A stretch of 64,000 nt of DNA from Mustelus asterias (lineage: Eukaryota): positions 62,001 to 126,000 of the forward strand of contig NW_027590498.1 of the NCBI RefSeq assembly GCF_964213995.1, written 5' to 3'. A model generated the notes under the pieces. That model was given only the letters and a program-made list of their open reading frames with translations, was not told the DNA's origin and ran no database searches. Shown in pieces: positions 51,775 to 63,689 of the stretch. Position 1 is the stretch's first letter. The number at the start of each line of letters is the position of its first letter. The position numbers and the translations under genes were made by a program.

Positions 51775-52068
51775 GGATGGCAGAGTGGTTAGTACTCCTG
51801 CCTCACAGCACCAGGGACCTGGGTTCGATTGTAGCCTTGGTTACCTGTCTGTATGGAGTTTGCACATTCTCCTCGTGTCTGTGTGGGTTTCCTCCGGGTG
51901 CTCCGGTTCCCTCCCACTCTCCAAAGATGTTCAGGTTAGGTGGTTGCCCCTTTCTGTCCCAAGATGTGTAGGTTAGGGAGATTAGCGGGGTAAATATGTG
52001 CGGTTACGGGAATATGCCTGGGTGGGGTGGTCTGAAAGGCCTCCTTCTGCACTGTAGGGATTCTATGA
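51775..52068 (+). mobile_element. HE1-type V-SINE inserted just upstream of a ZNF splice acceptor
   Basis: Consensus sequence; abuts the aagtttacaaa module. Confidence 0.85.
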
Positions 52069-52114
52069 ATACATGAGATACACAAAACACAAACAGGCCA
52101 GTCTATTTTTTAAA

Positions 52115-52450
52115 TTCATTTTTAACGGGGTGTGGGTGTCGCCGACTGGGACAGCATTTATTGCCCATCCCCAACTGCCCTCCATTTCACAGGGCATTTG
52201 AGAGTCAACCACATTGCTGTGGGTCACATGTAGGCCAGACCAGTTAAGGCCAGCAGATTTCCATCCTTAAAGGACATCAGTGAACCAGATGGGCTTTTAC
52301 GACAATCAACAATGGTTTCATGGTCAATATCAGACTTTTAATTGAATTTAAATTTCACCATCTGCTGTGGTGGGATTCGAACCTCGGTCCCCAGAACATT
52401 ATCCTGGGTCTCTGGGTTGCTAGTCCAGTGATAGTTCCACTGTCTCCCCC
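52115..52450 (-). mobile_element. Third-family SINE
   Basis: Collinear with 49615-49955. Confidence 0.75.
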
Positions 52451-52949
52451 GCCACCCCACCCCTGCCCTGATCTGTACTGGAATTTCTAATCCACACAAA
52501 TCTCCTCTCATTCTGCTCACCTCAACTCAGCTTTTCAGTTCAACTTTTTAATCCTTTTTCTCTCATGTTCTCATCTGGTTTCCTTTTTAAAGCATCTAAG
52601 GTATTTGTCTCAACCACTTCCAGTCGCAGTGAGTTCCATATTCTAACAACTGTCCGAAGAAATAAATATCTCCTCCTGTTGATTTATTCGTCTCTGTTGT
52701 CTGTTCATGGTTCCCAGTATTGGAAACACCAACAAGTGGAAACATTCCATTCACATCCTCCGACTTATCCCATTCAGAAAGCCTATATCAGAAGAGACAA
52801 CATTTTTCTCTTGGTTTGAGCTTGTTGTGTGTAAATCCTCCCTTTCTAACCCCCTGTTTAAGAAAAAGTATCCAAAATCCATCACGATAGAAAATCGCAA
52901 TATTGTCTCAGGTACAAGTAATTCAGAAAACTATTATTTATTATGAGGG

Positions 52950-53995
52950 GAATTGAGTAAAAGCAGGGAAGTTATGTTTCAGTTGCACAGGGCATTGGTT
53001 AGACATATCTAGAGCAGTGTGTACATTATTGGTTTCCTTATTTAAGAAAAAATATGAGTGCATATTATTCCTTAACTGCTTTACAAGAAGCAGTTCATAG
53101 AAGGTTTAGTAGATTAATACCTGGAATAGGTGGATTGTCTGATGAGGAGCAGTGAGACAGGCTCTGCTTGAGTTTAGCTTCTGCTCGACTTCAAAAGAGT
53201 AAGAGGCAACCTCATTTAAACCTTCAAGATTCTGAAAACTCTTGACAGGGTGGATATGGAGAGAAGGGTTAAAGCAAATTACTGCAGATGCTGGAATCTG
53301 AAACCAAAAGAGAAAATGCTGGAAAATCTCAGGAGGTCTGGCAGCATCTGTGAGGAGAGAAAAGAGCTGAAGCTTCGAGTCCAGATGACCTTTTGTCAAA
53401 GTATAAAAAAGGCATAGAAAGTGGGAGATATTTACACTGTGAGGGAATGAAAGATGGGTCCAAGCCACAGGAACCAGGGGAAAGGATGCTAATGGCAGTC
53501 CATAGAGAGAATAGAAAGTGTGAATGGCCAAACAGCAGAGAAGCTGAAGAAGTTGTGATGGATGAAGATGTGGGGCGGGGGGGGGGGGGGGGGTGGATTG
53601 GAGGGAGGACAAATTGAGAAAAAGGGGGAAAGGCGAAGCAAAGGGGGAGAAAAGGTGCTGCCTGACCTGCTGAGACTGTCCAGCATTTTCTGTTTTGAAT
53701 CTGGAGAGGATGTTTACTCTCAGGGGAGAATCTAGGGGGTCGCTGTTTTAAAAAACAGCATTGCCCATTGAAAACAGAGATGAGATGTTTTTCTCTCAGA
53801 GGGTCATGAATCTTTGGATTCACGTTCTTCAAAAGTGGAGGTAGAGCCTGATTTGAACGAGATAAATCTCTTGGGGCGACAGGGATCAGGGTATTGAATT
53901 TGATAATCAGCCATGACAATAATGAATGGCGGCGCACGCTCGAAGGGCCGAACGGCCGACTCCCAGCTTCTATTTTCTGTGTATGTTTCTATGGA
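52950..53995 (+). mobile_element. Old CR1 3' end interrupted by PLE family 2 (53271-53700, minus)
   Basis: CR1 remnant resumes after a tggagag duplication; tail cgaagggccgaacggccgactcc. Confidence 0.7.
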
Positions 53996-54114
53996 AGAAG
54001 TCTCACCAGGTTGACTTGGTAGCAAATACAAAATAAACCTGTTGGATTTTAACCTGGTGTTGTGAGACTTCTTACTGTGTTCACCCCAGTCCAACGCCGG
54101 CATCTCCACATCAT
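53995..54114 (+). mobile_element. PLE family 1 short fold-back
   Basis: TSD atgtttctatg; short inverted piece followed by the element end and tail. Confidence 0.75.
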
Positions 54115-54339
54115 GTTTCTATGTAAACATGAGGAGCCTGGGGCTGAAGTGTAACCAAAAGCTGTGTAACTGCTTTAGGTAACTACACAGGATTTTCAAC
54201 TCTCACCCTGAATATGTACATGGCCCATGGACTCATCGAGGCTGCAAACAGCAGCTGCAGCCTGGGTGGGTGAAGCTGTTTAGAAACCTATTGCTCGTTG
54301 TGCTAATGGACCGGGAGCTAGGACCTGGAGGGGAAGCAG

Positions 54340-55273
54340 AAACATGAAGCCCCGCCCAGTCGATGTTGCGTCACCGAGAGCATGCGCTCTCCTCCCTGCT
54401 GAATCAAGATGGCGGCCGTTAACCTGAGTCTCGTCTCGGGAAAAAGACCGGAAGCTGCAAACACAGACCGACGGGCTCATTTTCGAGATTTGAGGCCTTG
54501 ACCAGGTATTTAGAAACCCTCTACGTCCATCCGCCGGTTCCATTACTCCCTCTATGTTTCCGCATCCTTACCGGCTGCTGATGAGACAGAGGAACTTCTC
54601 TCCGATTGCGATCACCCACACTGCGTGCTGCAAACGCCGTTGCTTACTGCGCATGCTCCAGACTGTAACATTACTGCGCATGCGAACCCCTTCCCGTGCG
54701 TTCCATGGGGACACCTCAGCCCCGGCCCTCATTCAGTCCGATTGGATGGAGGACCAGCCGCTCCCGCTCGGTCCTCCAGCCCCGCCCCCTATTCCTATTG
54801 GTCCGGAGCTGCCGTCAATCAGTGCCCGGGCATTGTGATGTGGAGCATGCGCAGTGTCATTGCTGTCCTTGGCGCTTGTTTGTCCCGGAGAAGCGGAGTC
54901 AGCGTTAGGCGGTGGCTGGGAGGATTTGGAAACACTTTGTGGATCCGCAAACCCTTCAGAATCATTGTCAGCTCCCTGGTTTGCAGCTGCGGGGCTTCTC
55001 CCTCCCTCCCTCCCGGGAACAGGCCCAGGTTAACGGCCCCATCCTGGCTCAGCCACTGGAGGATGGTTCACATCAGAGGATGGGGGAGGGGGACAATAAA
55101 TAAGAGGTTACACTTTGGCCTCAAATCAATGAGGACTCTGATCTCTGGGAAGGAAGGAAACCCTGGGAGGTGGGCGGGGAGGATTCACAAACACCCGCTG
55201 GAGGCCCCAGTACCCCCAATAAGACCCATTGGTTTTATTGTCAGTCTGCAGACAGGAGCTGGAGAACTGAACC
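54340..55273. promoter_or_regulatory. CpG island with ZNF promoter cassette, copy 2
   Basis: aagatggcggcc (YY1) and several tgcgcatgc (NRF1) motifs; 54760-55273 nearly identical to 12700-13204. Confidence 0.7.
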
Positions 55274-55274
55274 C

Positions 55275-55580
55275 ATGATGTGGAGATGCCGGCGTTGGAC
55301 TGGGGTAAACACAGTAAGAAGTTTAACAACACCAGGTTAAAGTCCAACAGGTTTATTTGGTAGCAAAAGCCACACAAGCTTTCGAGGCTCTAAGCCCCTT
55401 CTTCAGGTGAGTGGGAATTCTGTTCACAAACAGAACTTATAAAGACACAGACTCAATTTACATGAATAATGGTTGGAATGCGAATACTTACAACTAATCC
55501 AGTCTTTAAGAAACAAAACAATGGGAGTGGAGAGAGCATCAAGACAGGCTAAAAAGATGTGTATTGTCTCCAGACAAGAC
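55275..55580 (-). mobile_element. PLE family 1 3' end with hammerhead motif (55373-55409)
   Basis: Minus strand reads cac-CTGAAGA-a-ggggc ttaga gcctc-GAAA-gc-TT-gtg. Confidence 0.8.
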
Positions 55581-56539
55581 ACGTTTACCCCACTAATCCT
55601 CTAACCTGCACATCTTTGACTGGGAGGGAAGCAGAGCATCTGGAGACAACCCCTAAAGTCACAGGTGGAATGTGCAAACTCCACACAGACAGTGAGGCAG
55701 CAGTGCTAACCACTGTGCCACCCTGTAGAGATGAACCTTTATTTTGAGATTGCTGTGTGTAAATCCTCCTCTTCTAAGGAGTTTCCGAAATCCATCCAGG
55801 ATAGAAATTCACAACATTCTCTCCTCCTGCTCCAGCTTTGTCACCGGGATAATTCCACTCGTGTCTACTCAGTAGCTTCTCATTTGGGGTCTGCGGTTTA
55901 CACAACATGTTTTCGGAGAATCTCATCCACCCACAGATCCATTGCTCCCGCCATCCCACCTTTACCCGTCGTGGATCCGAGAGAAAAGTGTCTGTTCATA
56001 ATCATGGCTGACACTGCGGGTGTTCCAAACACAGGGCAGAACCAGGCCTGCCCACTGCTCTCCTGAGCTGTGGATAGGGGTCTCAACCAGGGGAATGATG
56101 GGTAAAAACACCACCACTGATGGTCCCAATTAAATGGTGAGAAAACCCAGAGGAAGATGCAGGTTCAGGGCTCAGTCAATGAGGAACTTTAGAGGCAGGT
56201 TTTTTCTGGTGGGCTGTTGGAAATAGTGGAGGTAGTTCATTGAGTGTTCACAATCTTGAAGTTATATGAGCTGCTTACACTTGTTATTGGGTGTGAGGAT
56301 GCAGGAAAGAGGGAATGGGCAGAGCACCTCAAAACCTCCTAACATGTTGTAGATATCAAAAAGATTGACACTCAGCTTAACATAAAGCTGATTTATTTAA
56401 CTTTTAACCAGAAGATTAAAAACATAACTGGCCGGGAGTTTATCATCAGTAGTAGAAACAGACCCCAAAGAATATGGTTCAGTAGTGGCTGTGATTAAAA
56501 GTAAAATACAATCAGTGTATTTCTGATTTATTTCTGAAA

Positions 56540-57541
56540 TCACTGGGTCTCAGTGGATGAGACGAATGAGTGACTCCTTTCCCACATTCAGAGGAAGTGA
56601 ACATTCTCTCCTCAGTGTCAATCCACTGGTGTACAGTGAGATGAGATTACCTGAACTCAGACCAAAATGACAACACTTGAATCATCTCTAGTCAGTGTGG
56701 ATTTGTTGATGGGACAGCAGTTCCCCAGAACTTTTGTTGCACTTCCCGCAGTTCAGTCTCGTCAGTGTGAACTTGCTGGTGCGTCAGCAGGTGGGATGAA
56801 TTAGTGAATCCCTTCCCACACTCAGGGCAGGTGAATGGCCTCTCCCCAGTGTGAACGTGTTGGTGCCTCAACAAGTTGGATGAATTAATGAATCCGTTCC
56901 CACACACACGGCAGGTGAATGGTCTCTTCCCAGTGTAAATCAGCTGGTGTGTCAGCAGAGTGGACATCTGAGCAAATCCCTTCCCATATTCTTTGCAGGT
57001 GAGCGGCCTCTCCTCAGTGTGAATCCACTGGTGTACAGTGAGGTCAGATGATTGTGTGAACCTACTCCCACAGTGAGAGCACCTGAACGGCCTCTCCCCA
57101 GTGTGAAACATGCTGATGGCGCTTCAGTTCCCCAGAACTTTTGTAGCCTTTCCCACAGTCTGTGCATTTGAAAGGTCTCTCCGCAGTGTGAACTAGTTGG
57201 TGTCTCAACAGATGTGATGAATGAGTGAATCCCTTCCCACATTCAGTGCAAGTGAACGGCCTCTCCCCAGTGTGAACGAGCTGGTGTCTCAGCAGGCTGG
57301 TTGAATTTGTGAAGCTCTTCCCACACTCGGTGCAGGTAAATGGCCTCTCCCCAGTGTGAACGCACTGATGAGTTTCCAGTATAACTGAGTAACTGAATCC
57401 CTTCCCACAGTCCTCACATTTCTCCATGGTGTGGGTGTCCTGTGTCTCTCCAAGTTCCACAGTCAGATGAAGCCTCATCCACAAACACACGTACGGTTTC
57501 TCCCCACAGTGAATGGTACTTTCTCCTTCCACATTTACCAT
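56540..57541 (-). pseudogene. C2H2 ZNF pseudogene (about 9-10 fingers, frameshifts)
   Basis: Fingers split between ORFs 57062-57541 and 56692-57111; degenerate 3' fingers. Confidence 0.8.
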
Positions 57542-58014
57542 CCAATGATTTCAGATTTTGATAAATTGGGTGACTCTATTAGATTCTGATGTGATTAGTT
57601 TGAGTTTTCAAAAGGGAGAAAAAGGAACGAGAAAGAAGCCACAAGCAGGCTGTGAAATTGAACTGAACAAATTTGTTAATTTGTGGGGCAGGCGCTAGGG
57701 AAATGTGACCATGAAAACTGACATTGTTGTGAAAAACTCAACTGGTTCACTGATAATGGGAACCTACCACCTTGTCTGGACTTACACCAGGCTCTCCTCT
57801 ATGGGAGGGGAGGGAGAGGGTGAGAAGTGGAGCGACATGGGGTGATGGGAGGGAATTTTATTTACTTACAAACAAACCAACCTCCACCACCGAGGAGGAC
57901 CAGGGTAGTCGGTGTATGTGAACATCATCCCTCCAAAATTCCCTTCAAGTCACACATCATCCTGACTTATCTGGCATCTTATTCTGGATGCACAGAAATT
58001 CCCTCCATTTAGCA

Positions 58015-58590
58015 GCATAGAGTTTTACAGCATAGAAAGAGGCCCTTTGGCCCATCATGTCTGTGCCAGCCAGCAAGCACCTATCTATCCTAATCCCATT
58101 TCCAGTAATTGGTTCATAGCCTTGAATACTATGGTGTTTCACCTGCTCATCTAAATGCTTCTTATATAATGTGAGGATTCCTGCCTCGACCACCCTTTCA
58201 GACAGTGAGTTCCAGATTCCCACCACTCTCTGAGTGAAAGGTTATTCCTCCACTCCACTCTAAACCTCCTGCCCCTTAACTTAAATCTATCCCCCTGGTT
58301 ATTGACCCCTCTACTAAGGGGAAAAGTTCCTTTCAATTTACCTGATTTATGTTCCTCATTAATCTTGTACACTTCAGTCAGGTCGCCCCTCAGCCTTCTC
58401 TGCTCTAAGGAAAACAACCTCAGCCTAACCAGCCACTCTTCATAGTTGAAATGGTCCAGCCCAGGCAACATCCTGGTGAATCTCCTGTGCACCCTTTCTG
58501 GTGCAATCACATCCTTCCTATAGTGTTCCAAACAGAACAGCACACAGGACTCGAGTTATGAGTAACAAGTGTTTTATACAGCTCCAACAT
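58015..58590 (-). mobile_element. CR1 3' end
   Basis: ORFs 58151-58543 and 57957-58226. Confidence 0.85.
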
Positions 58591-58591
58591 C

Positions 58592-59300
58592 ATGTAGAGG
58601 ATCAGAACGACCTTGGGGTCCGGGTCCATAGGACTCTTAAATTGGCCCCGCAGGTGGAGGAGGTGGTTAAGAAGGTGAATGGTGTGCTGGCCTTCATCAA
58701 TCGAGGGATTGAGTTTAGGAGTTGGAGATAATGATGCAGCTATATCAGACCCTCGTCAGAGCCCACTTGGAGTACTGTGCTCAGTTCTGTTCACCTCATT
58801 ACAGCAAGGATGTGGAAATGATTGAAAGGGTGCAGAGGAGATTTACAAGGATGTTGCCTGGATTGGTTGGCAGGCCTTATGAGGATAGGTTGAGGGAGCT
58901 TGGTCTTTTCTCCTCGGAGAGACGAAGGATGAGAGGTGACCTGATAGAGGTTTACAAGATGTTGAGAGGTATAGATCGGGTGGATTCTCAGAGGCTTTTT
59001 CCCAGGGCTGAAATGGTTGCTACGAGAGGACACAGGTTTAAAGTGCTGGGGAGTAGGTACAGAGGAGATGTCAGGGGTAAGTTTTTCACTCAGAATGTGG
59101 TGGGTGAGTGGAATCGGCTGCCGTCAATGGTGGTAGTGGCAAACTCGATAGAGTCTTTTAAGAGACTTCTGGATGAGTACATGGGACTTAATAGGATTGA
59201 GGGTTATAGGTAAGCCTATATATAGGCCTTGGTAGGTAGGGACATGACCGGCGCAACTTGTGGCCGAAGGGCCTGTTTGAGCTGTAGTTTTTCTATGTTC
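58592..59300 (+). mobile_element. CR1 3' end (another family)
   Basis: ORF 58722-59213 with RAHLEYC..RMRGDLIEVYK. Confidence 0.9.
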
Positions 59301-59760
59301 TATGTTCTATAACCACCTTATCTACCTGTCCTGCTGGCTTCAGGGATAATTGAGAATGCTCCCCAATGTCCCTCTGGTCCTTTATATTCCCTGGCCTTGT
59401 CCTCTCAAAATTCATCACTTCATACTTTTCAGGGTTAAGTTCCATTTGCCACTGTTCTGCCCACCTGACCAGCCTGTCTGTATCACCCTGCAATCCAAGG
59501 TTGTCCTCCTCGCTATTTACCACACCACCAATCACAATCTGTTCAATCATATCACACACCCGTCCCTGCTTTCTGTACCTACATTGTCCTTCCACACAGT
59601 GAAAACAGATGCAAAATATTCCTTTAATGCTTCAAATACATCTTCCGGCTCCACACCCAGGTTACCGAATGGGCAATTGATTCCTAACCTACCAACCTAC
59701 TTACTCTTTCCCTGATTACCCTCTTGCCCTTAAAATATTTATAAAGCATCTTGTGATTTC
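59301..59760 (-). mobile_element. Degraded CR1 RT fragment
   Basis: DRLVRWAEQWQMELNPEKYEVM. Confidence 0.75.
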
Positions 59761-59879
59761 TTTCCTTCTCTGCCACCGCTCTGCCTCATCAATAAGACAT
59801 TGGGACTCAGAGGGTTGATGCAGTTTGATGGACAAGTTGTCTCCATTCTGAACACTGGGGAACAAGCCCCTCCCAGTCA

Positions 59880-60725
59880 TTGACAATATTGCCCCCTACA
59901 AAGATGGTGATTACCCATGCGCACTGCCGCACATTGCCCCCAATAAAGATGGAGGTCGTTAACGCGCGGGCCGATCTCAGGGATCTTTGACCCGCTCGAT
60001 GCAAATGGAGTAACCGGAGAATTTTGGGGGGAGTTTACAGATCCGCACAACCTGTTTATGAAGCCTTCCCGTCCACTCGCCGGTTCAATCGTACCCACCG
60101 ATCGGCGATTTTCCGCTGACAAATTACGGATCCTAGGTAATAAGCATTCGCAGTCGCCATTACCCGTAATGCGCATGCTTCAGTCGGAGCCCCTCTTTCA
60201 CGCTGATTGGTTGGAGGACCAACTGCTCCCCCCCCGCGGTCCTCCAGACCCGCCCTCCTCCTCCTATTGGTCCGGAGCTGCCGTCAATCACCCTCCCCGG
60301 GGCATTGCGATCTGGCACATGCGCAGTCCGGTCAGGCTGATGAGGCCGGACACGCGATCTGAATGTGGAGCATGCGCAATTCCTTTGTTCGCCTCGGGAG
60401 CGAGAGTCCTTTGTCCCGGAGAAGCGGAGTCAGCGTTAGGCGGTGGCTGCGAGGATCCGCAAACCCTTCAGAATCATTGTCAGCTCCCTGGTTTGCAGCT
60501 GCGGGGCTTCTCCCTCCCTCCCGGGAACAGGCCCAGGTTAACGGCCCCATCCTGGCTCAGCCACTGGAGGATGGTTCACATCAGAGGATGGGGGAGGGGG
60601 ACAATAAATAAGAGGTTACACTTTGGCCTCAAATCAATGAGGACTCTGATCTCTGGGAAGGAAGGAAACCCTGGGAGGTGGGCGGGGAGGATTCACAAAC
60701 ACCCGCTGGAGGCCCCAACACCCCC
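59880..60725. promoter_or_regulatory. CpG island with ZNF promoter cassette, copy 3
   Basis: YY1-like aaagatgg twice, NRF1-like motifs; 60412-60725 nearly identical to 12820-13147 apart from small indels. Confidence 0.7.
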
Positions 60726-61276
60726 AGTAAAAAGCTGCAGCTCCCGGCAGTGACCAGGAGAGAAAATAATTGATTTTATTTTCACTCTGTACAAAAGAAC
60801 TGAACCCAGCCAGAATAGAGAGTGGGAGAAAAGATTTGTGAAGATATTTCACACTGGGTTTGCCAGGCTGACCAACTCTCTCAGAGAAAATGAAAGGACA
60901 TCCTTCATGAGTCTGTCAGAGCAGGTGAGCAGTATTGTGTGCGGTGCTGCTGGAACTGCGTGGGTGGACAGGGGCTGGTTGGCAGCCAGAACAGTTGGAA
61001 GAGGGTGCTGCACACATCTATCTTATGGGTGAAACAGCACCATACGCCATGCAGCCTGGCACACTGGACTCAAACACGGGACAATCCAGTGAAATATGAG
61101 ATGGTTGTTCAATGTGCGAGTTGGTTGCAGGACAGGGAGGAGGGAAAGTGTTCAGGATGAGGATTTACTGCTTTACAGGAACAAGTGAGGAAACGATGTT
61201 CCACAGAAGGTAGAAATGTCTGTTCTGAATTTCTATCCCATACTGACAGTGATGATGTTTCTCAACTCCTTTGACA

Positions 61277-61760
61277 GGATATTTGAAATATACAGACATT
61301 AAATCATCCAACCTGGAGAGACACGAGGACATCTACACCATAGAGAACCCATGGGAATGTGGGGACTGTGGGAAGGAATTCAGTTCTCCATCCCAGCTGG
61401 AAGCTCATCAGCGCAGTCACACTGGGAAGAGTCTGTTCATCTGCACCGCGTGTGGGAAGAGTTTTAGTCGAATGTTCAACCTTCGCACTCACCAGCGACT
61501 TCACACTGGGGAGCGGCCATTCACCTGCTCTGTGTGTATGAAGGGATTCAGCAGTTCATCTCACCTGCTGAAATACAAGCGTGCTCACACTGGGGAAAGG
61601 CCTTTCACCTGCTCCGTGTGTGGGAAGGGATTCACTAACTCATCTGATCTCCTGATACACCACGACTTCACACCGGGGAGAGGCCGTTCACCTGCTCCAT
61701 ATGTGGGAACAGATTCACTCAGTCACAAAACCTAATGAGACACCAGCAAGTTCACAAGTC
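61277..61760 (+). pseudogene. C2H2 ZNF, ATG to ATA and a 3' frameshift
   Basis: accATAgagaacccatgg; 4 fingers, then a frame change at caccacgactt. Confidence 0.7.
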
Positions 61761-62009
61761 TTCTGGAGGCAGATTCCCCAGTTATTGAACAGGTAATCAC
61801 ATCCTGCACTGACCCATGTTCATTCTGATAGCTATGGTGTGTTTCTGCTGCTGTTAATAACTGCTGTAACCAGCTTGAGTTAACAATTCAGGTATTTGTT
61901 CAAGTTCAGATGGACTAATGGATCAACCAGGGTCTAATTGAATAACAGAGCAGACTTGAAGGGCTGAACAACCTATTCCATTTCCTGAGTAGTCTGTCCA
62001 CAGGACAGA

Positions 62010-62352
62010 ACCGCTTCCCACACAGAGTAGGTGAATGGCCTCTCCCCAGTGTGAACTCGCGGTGTATCCGCAGGCTGGATGAAGCTCTGAATCCCTCCCC
62101 ACACTGAGAGCAACTGAAGGGCCTCTCCCCGGTGTGAACTCGCTGGTGTCTCCACAGGTGGGAGGACCGAGTGAATCCCTTCCCACACAGAGAGCAGGTG
62201 AACGGCCTCTCCCCAGTGTGAACTCGCTGGTGTGTCCGCAGGCTGGATGAAGCTCTGAATCCCTTCCCACACTGAGAGCAGGTGAACGGTCTCTCCCCAG
62301 TGTGAACTCGCTGGTGCGTCCGCAGGCTGCACAACTGACTGAATCCCTTCCT
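62010..62352 (-). pseudogene. C2H2 ZNF fragment (about 4 very similar fingers), bounded by a Rex tail at 62357-62422
   Basis: ORF 61915-62334 with repeated [26 protein letters not shown]-type units. Confidence 0.75.
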
Positions 62353-62524
62353 TCACAGCACGCAAGAAACAATACTTTTCACTGTCTATGAATACATGTG
62401 ACAATAAATCAAATCAAATCAAACCCTGCACATTCTTCCTTTTCTGATAACAGTCTAAGTCCCTCCTGAATGCCTCAGTTGAACTTGCTTCCACCCAATC
62501 TAGGCAGTGCTTCCCAAATCCGAA

Positions 62525-63190
62525 CATTTGTGCTGGAAGGGATTTGCTCAGTCACCGTGTCTCATTGAACATTACCTTGCTCACACTGAAAGGAGTGTTT
62601 ACATGTTCCCAATGTGTGAAAACCTTTAAAAGCAGACATGAAATGCGCATCACCAACTCATTCACATGAGGGAGATATCATTCACCTGATCCATGGATGC
62701 AAAAGGACTTTCCCTTTCTTCCAACCTGTTGAGACACCAATTAGTCCACAGAGGGGAGTAGTTTTTATCAGCTTTGGGTGTGGGAAAGGCTTCATTCAGT
62801 CATCCAACCTGGGTGGCACGGTAGCACAGTGGTTAGCACTGCTGCTTCATAGCTCCAGGGACCTGGGTTCGATTCCCGGCTTGGGTCGCTGTCTGTGTGG
62901 AGTTTGCACATTCTCCTCGTGTCTGCGTGGGTTTCCTCCGGGTGCTCCGGTTTCCTCCCACAGTCCAAAGATGTGCGGGTTAGGTTGATGGGCCGTGCTA
63001 AAATTGCCCCTTAGTGTCTTGAGATAGGTAGGTTAGAGGGATTAGCGGGTAAATATGTAGGGATATGGGGGTAGGGCCTGGGTGGGATTGTGGTCGGTGT
63101 AGACTCGATGGGCCGAATGGCCTCTTTCTGTACTGTAGGGTTTCTATGATTTCTATGAACCTGGTTAGACACCAGTGACTTCACAGGTGA
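62525..63190 (+). pseudogene. Heavily degraded ZNF with HE1 insertion
   Basis: CGKGFIQSSNL|SINE|LVRHQ; TSD aacctgg. Confidence 0.65.
62811..63157 (+). mobile_element. HE1-type V-SINE (young)
   Basis: Consensus sequence; TSD aacctgg. Confidence 0.9.
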
Positions 63191-63237
63191 CTGTAGAGGT
63201 TGGCTTCTGCTGTCATTACTGCTGTTTTTTAAAAAAG

Positions 63238-63543
63238 TTTAAAGTTTATTTATTAGTGTCACAAGTAGCCTTACATTAACACTGCAATAAAGATACTGTG
63301 AAAATCCCCTAGTCACCACACTCTGGCGCTTGTTCGGGTACACTGAGGGAGAATTTAGTATGGCCAATGTACCTGACCAGCATGTCTTTTGGACTGTGGG
63401 AGGAAACCAGAGCATCCAGAGGAAACCCACACAGACATGGGGAGAACGTGCAGACTCCACAAAGACAGTGACAAAAGCTGTGGATCGAACCCGAGTCCCT
63501 GACACTATGAGCCAGCAGTGTTAACCACTGTGCCACAGGGCCA
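63238..63543 (-). mobile_element. V-SINE variant with alternative tail
   Basis: Same family as 32950-33250. Confidence 0.8.
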
Positions 63544-63689
63544 CCCAATTGGACTGAACAATGTTCATTCTGCGAGTCAGGTTTTGCTTCTGACAATAAT
63601 AACCGTCCTATCTTGACTGGGCTTTACTTCTGGATAAATATGAAATTCATCAACTTTTTAAAAAATATATATTTTTCTGGATTTTTTCT

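Noticed and set aside
61240-61260. Box C/D snoRNA from CTGA/TGATGA in the acceptor module
   Set aside because: The boxes are in the wrong order and adjacent; better explained as a branch-point region.
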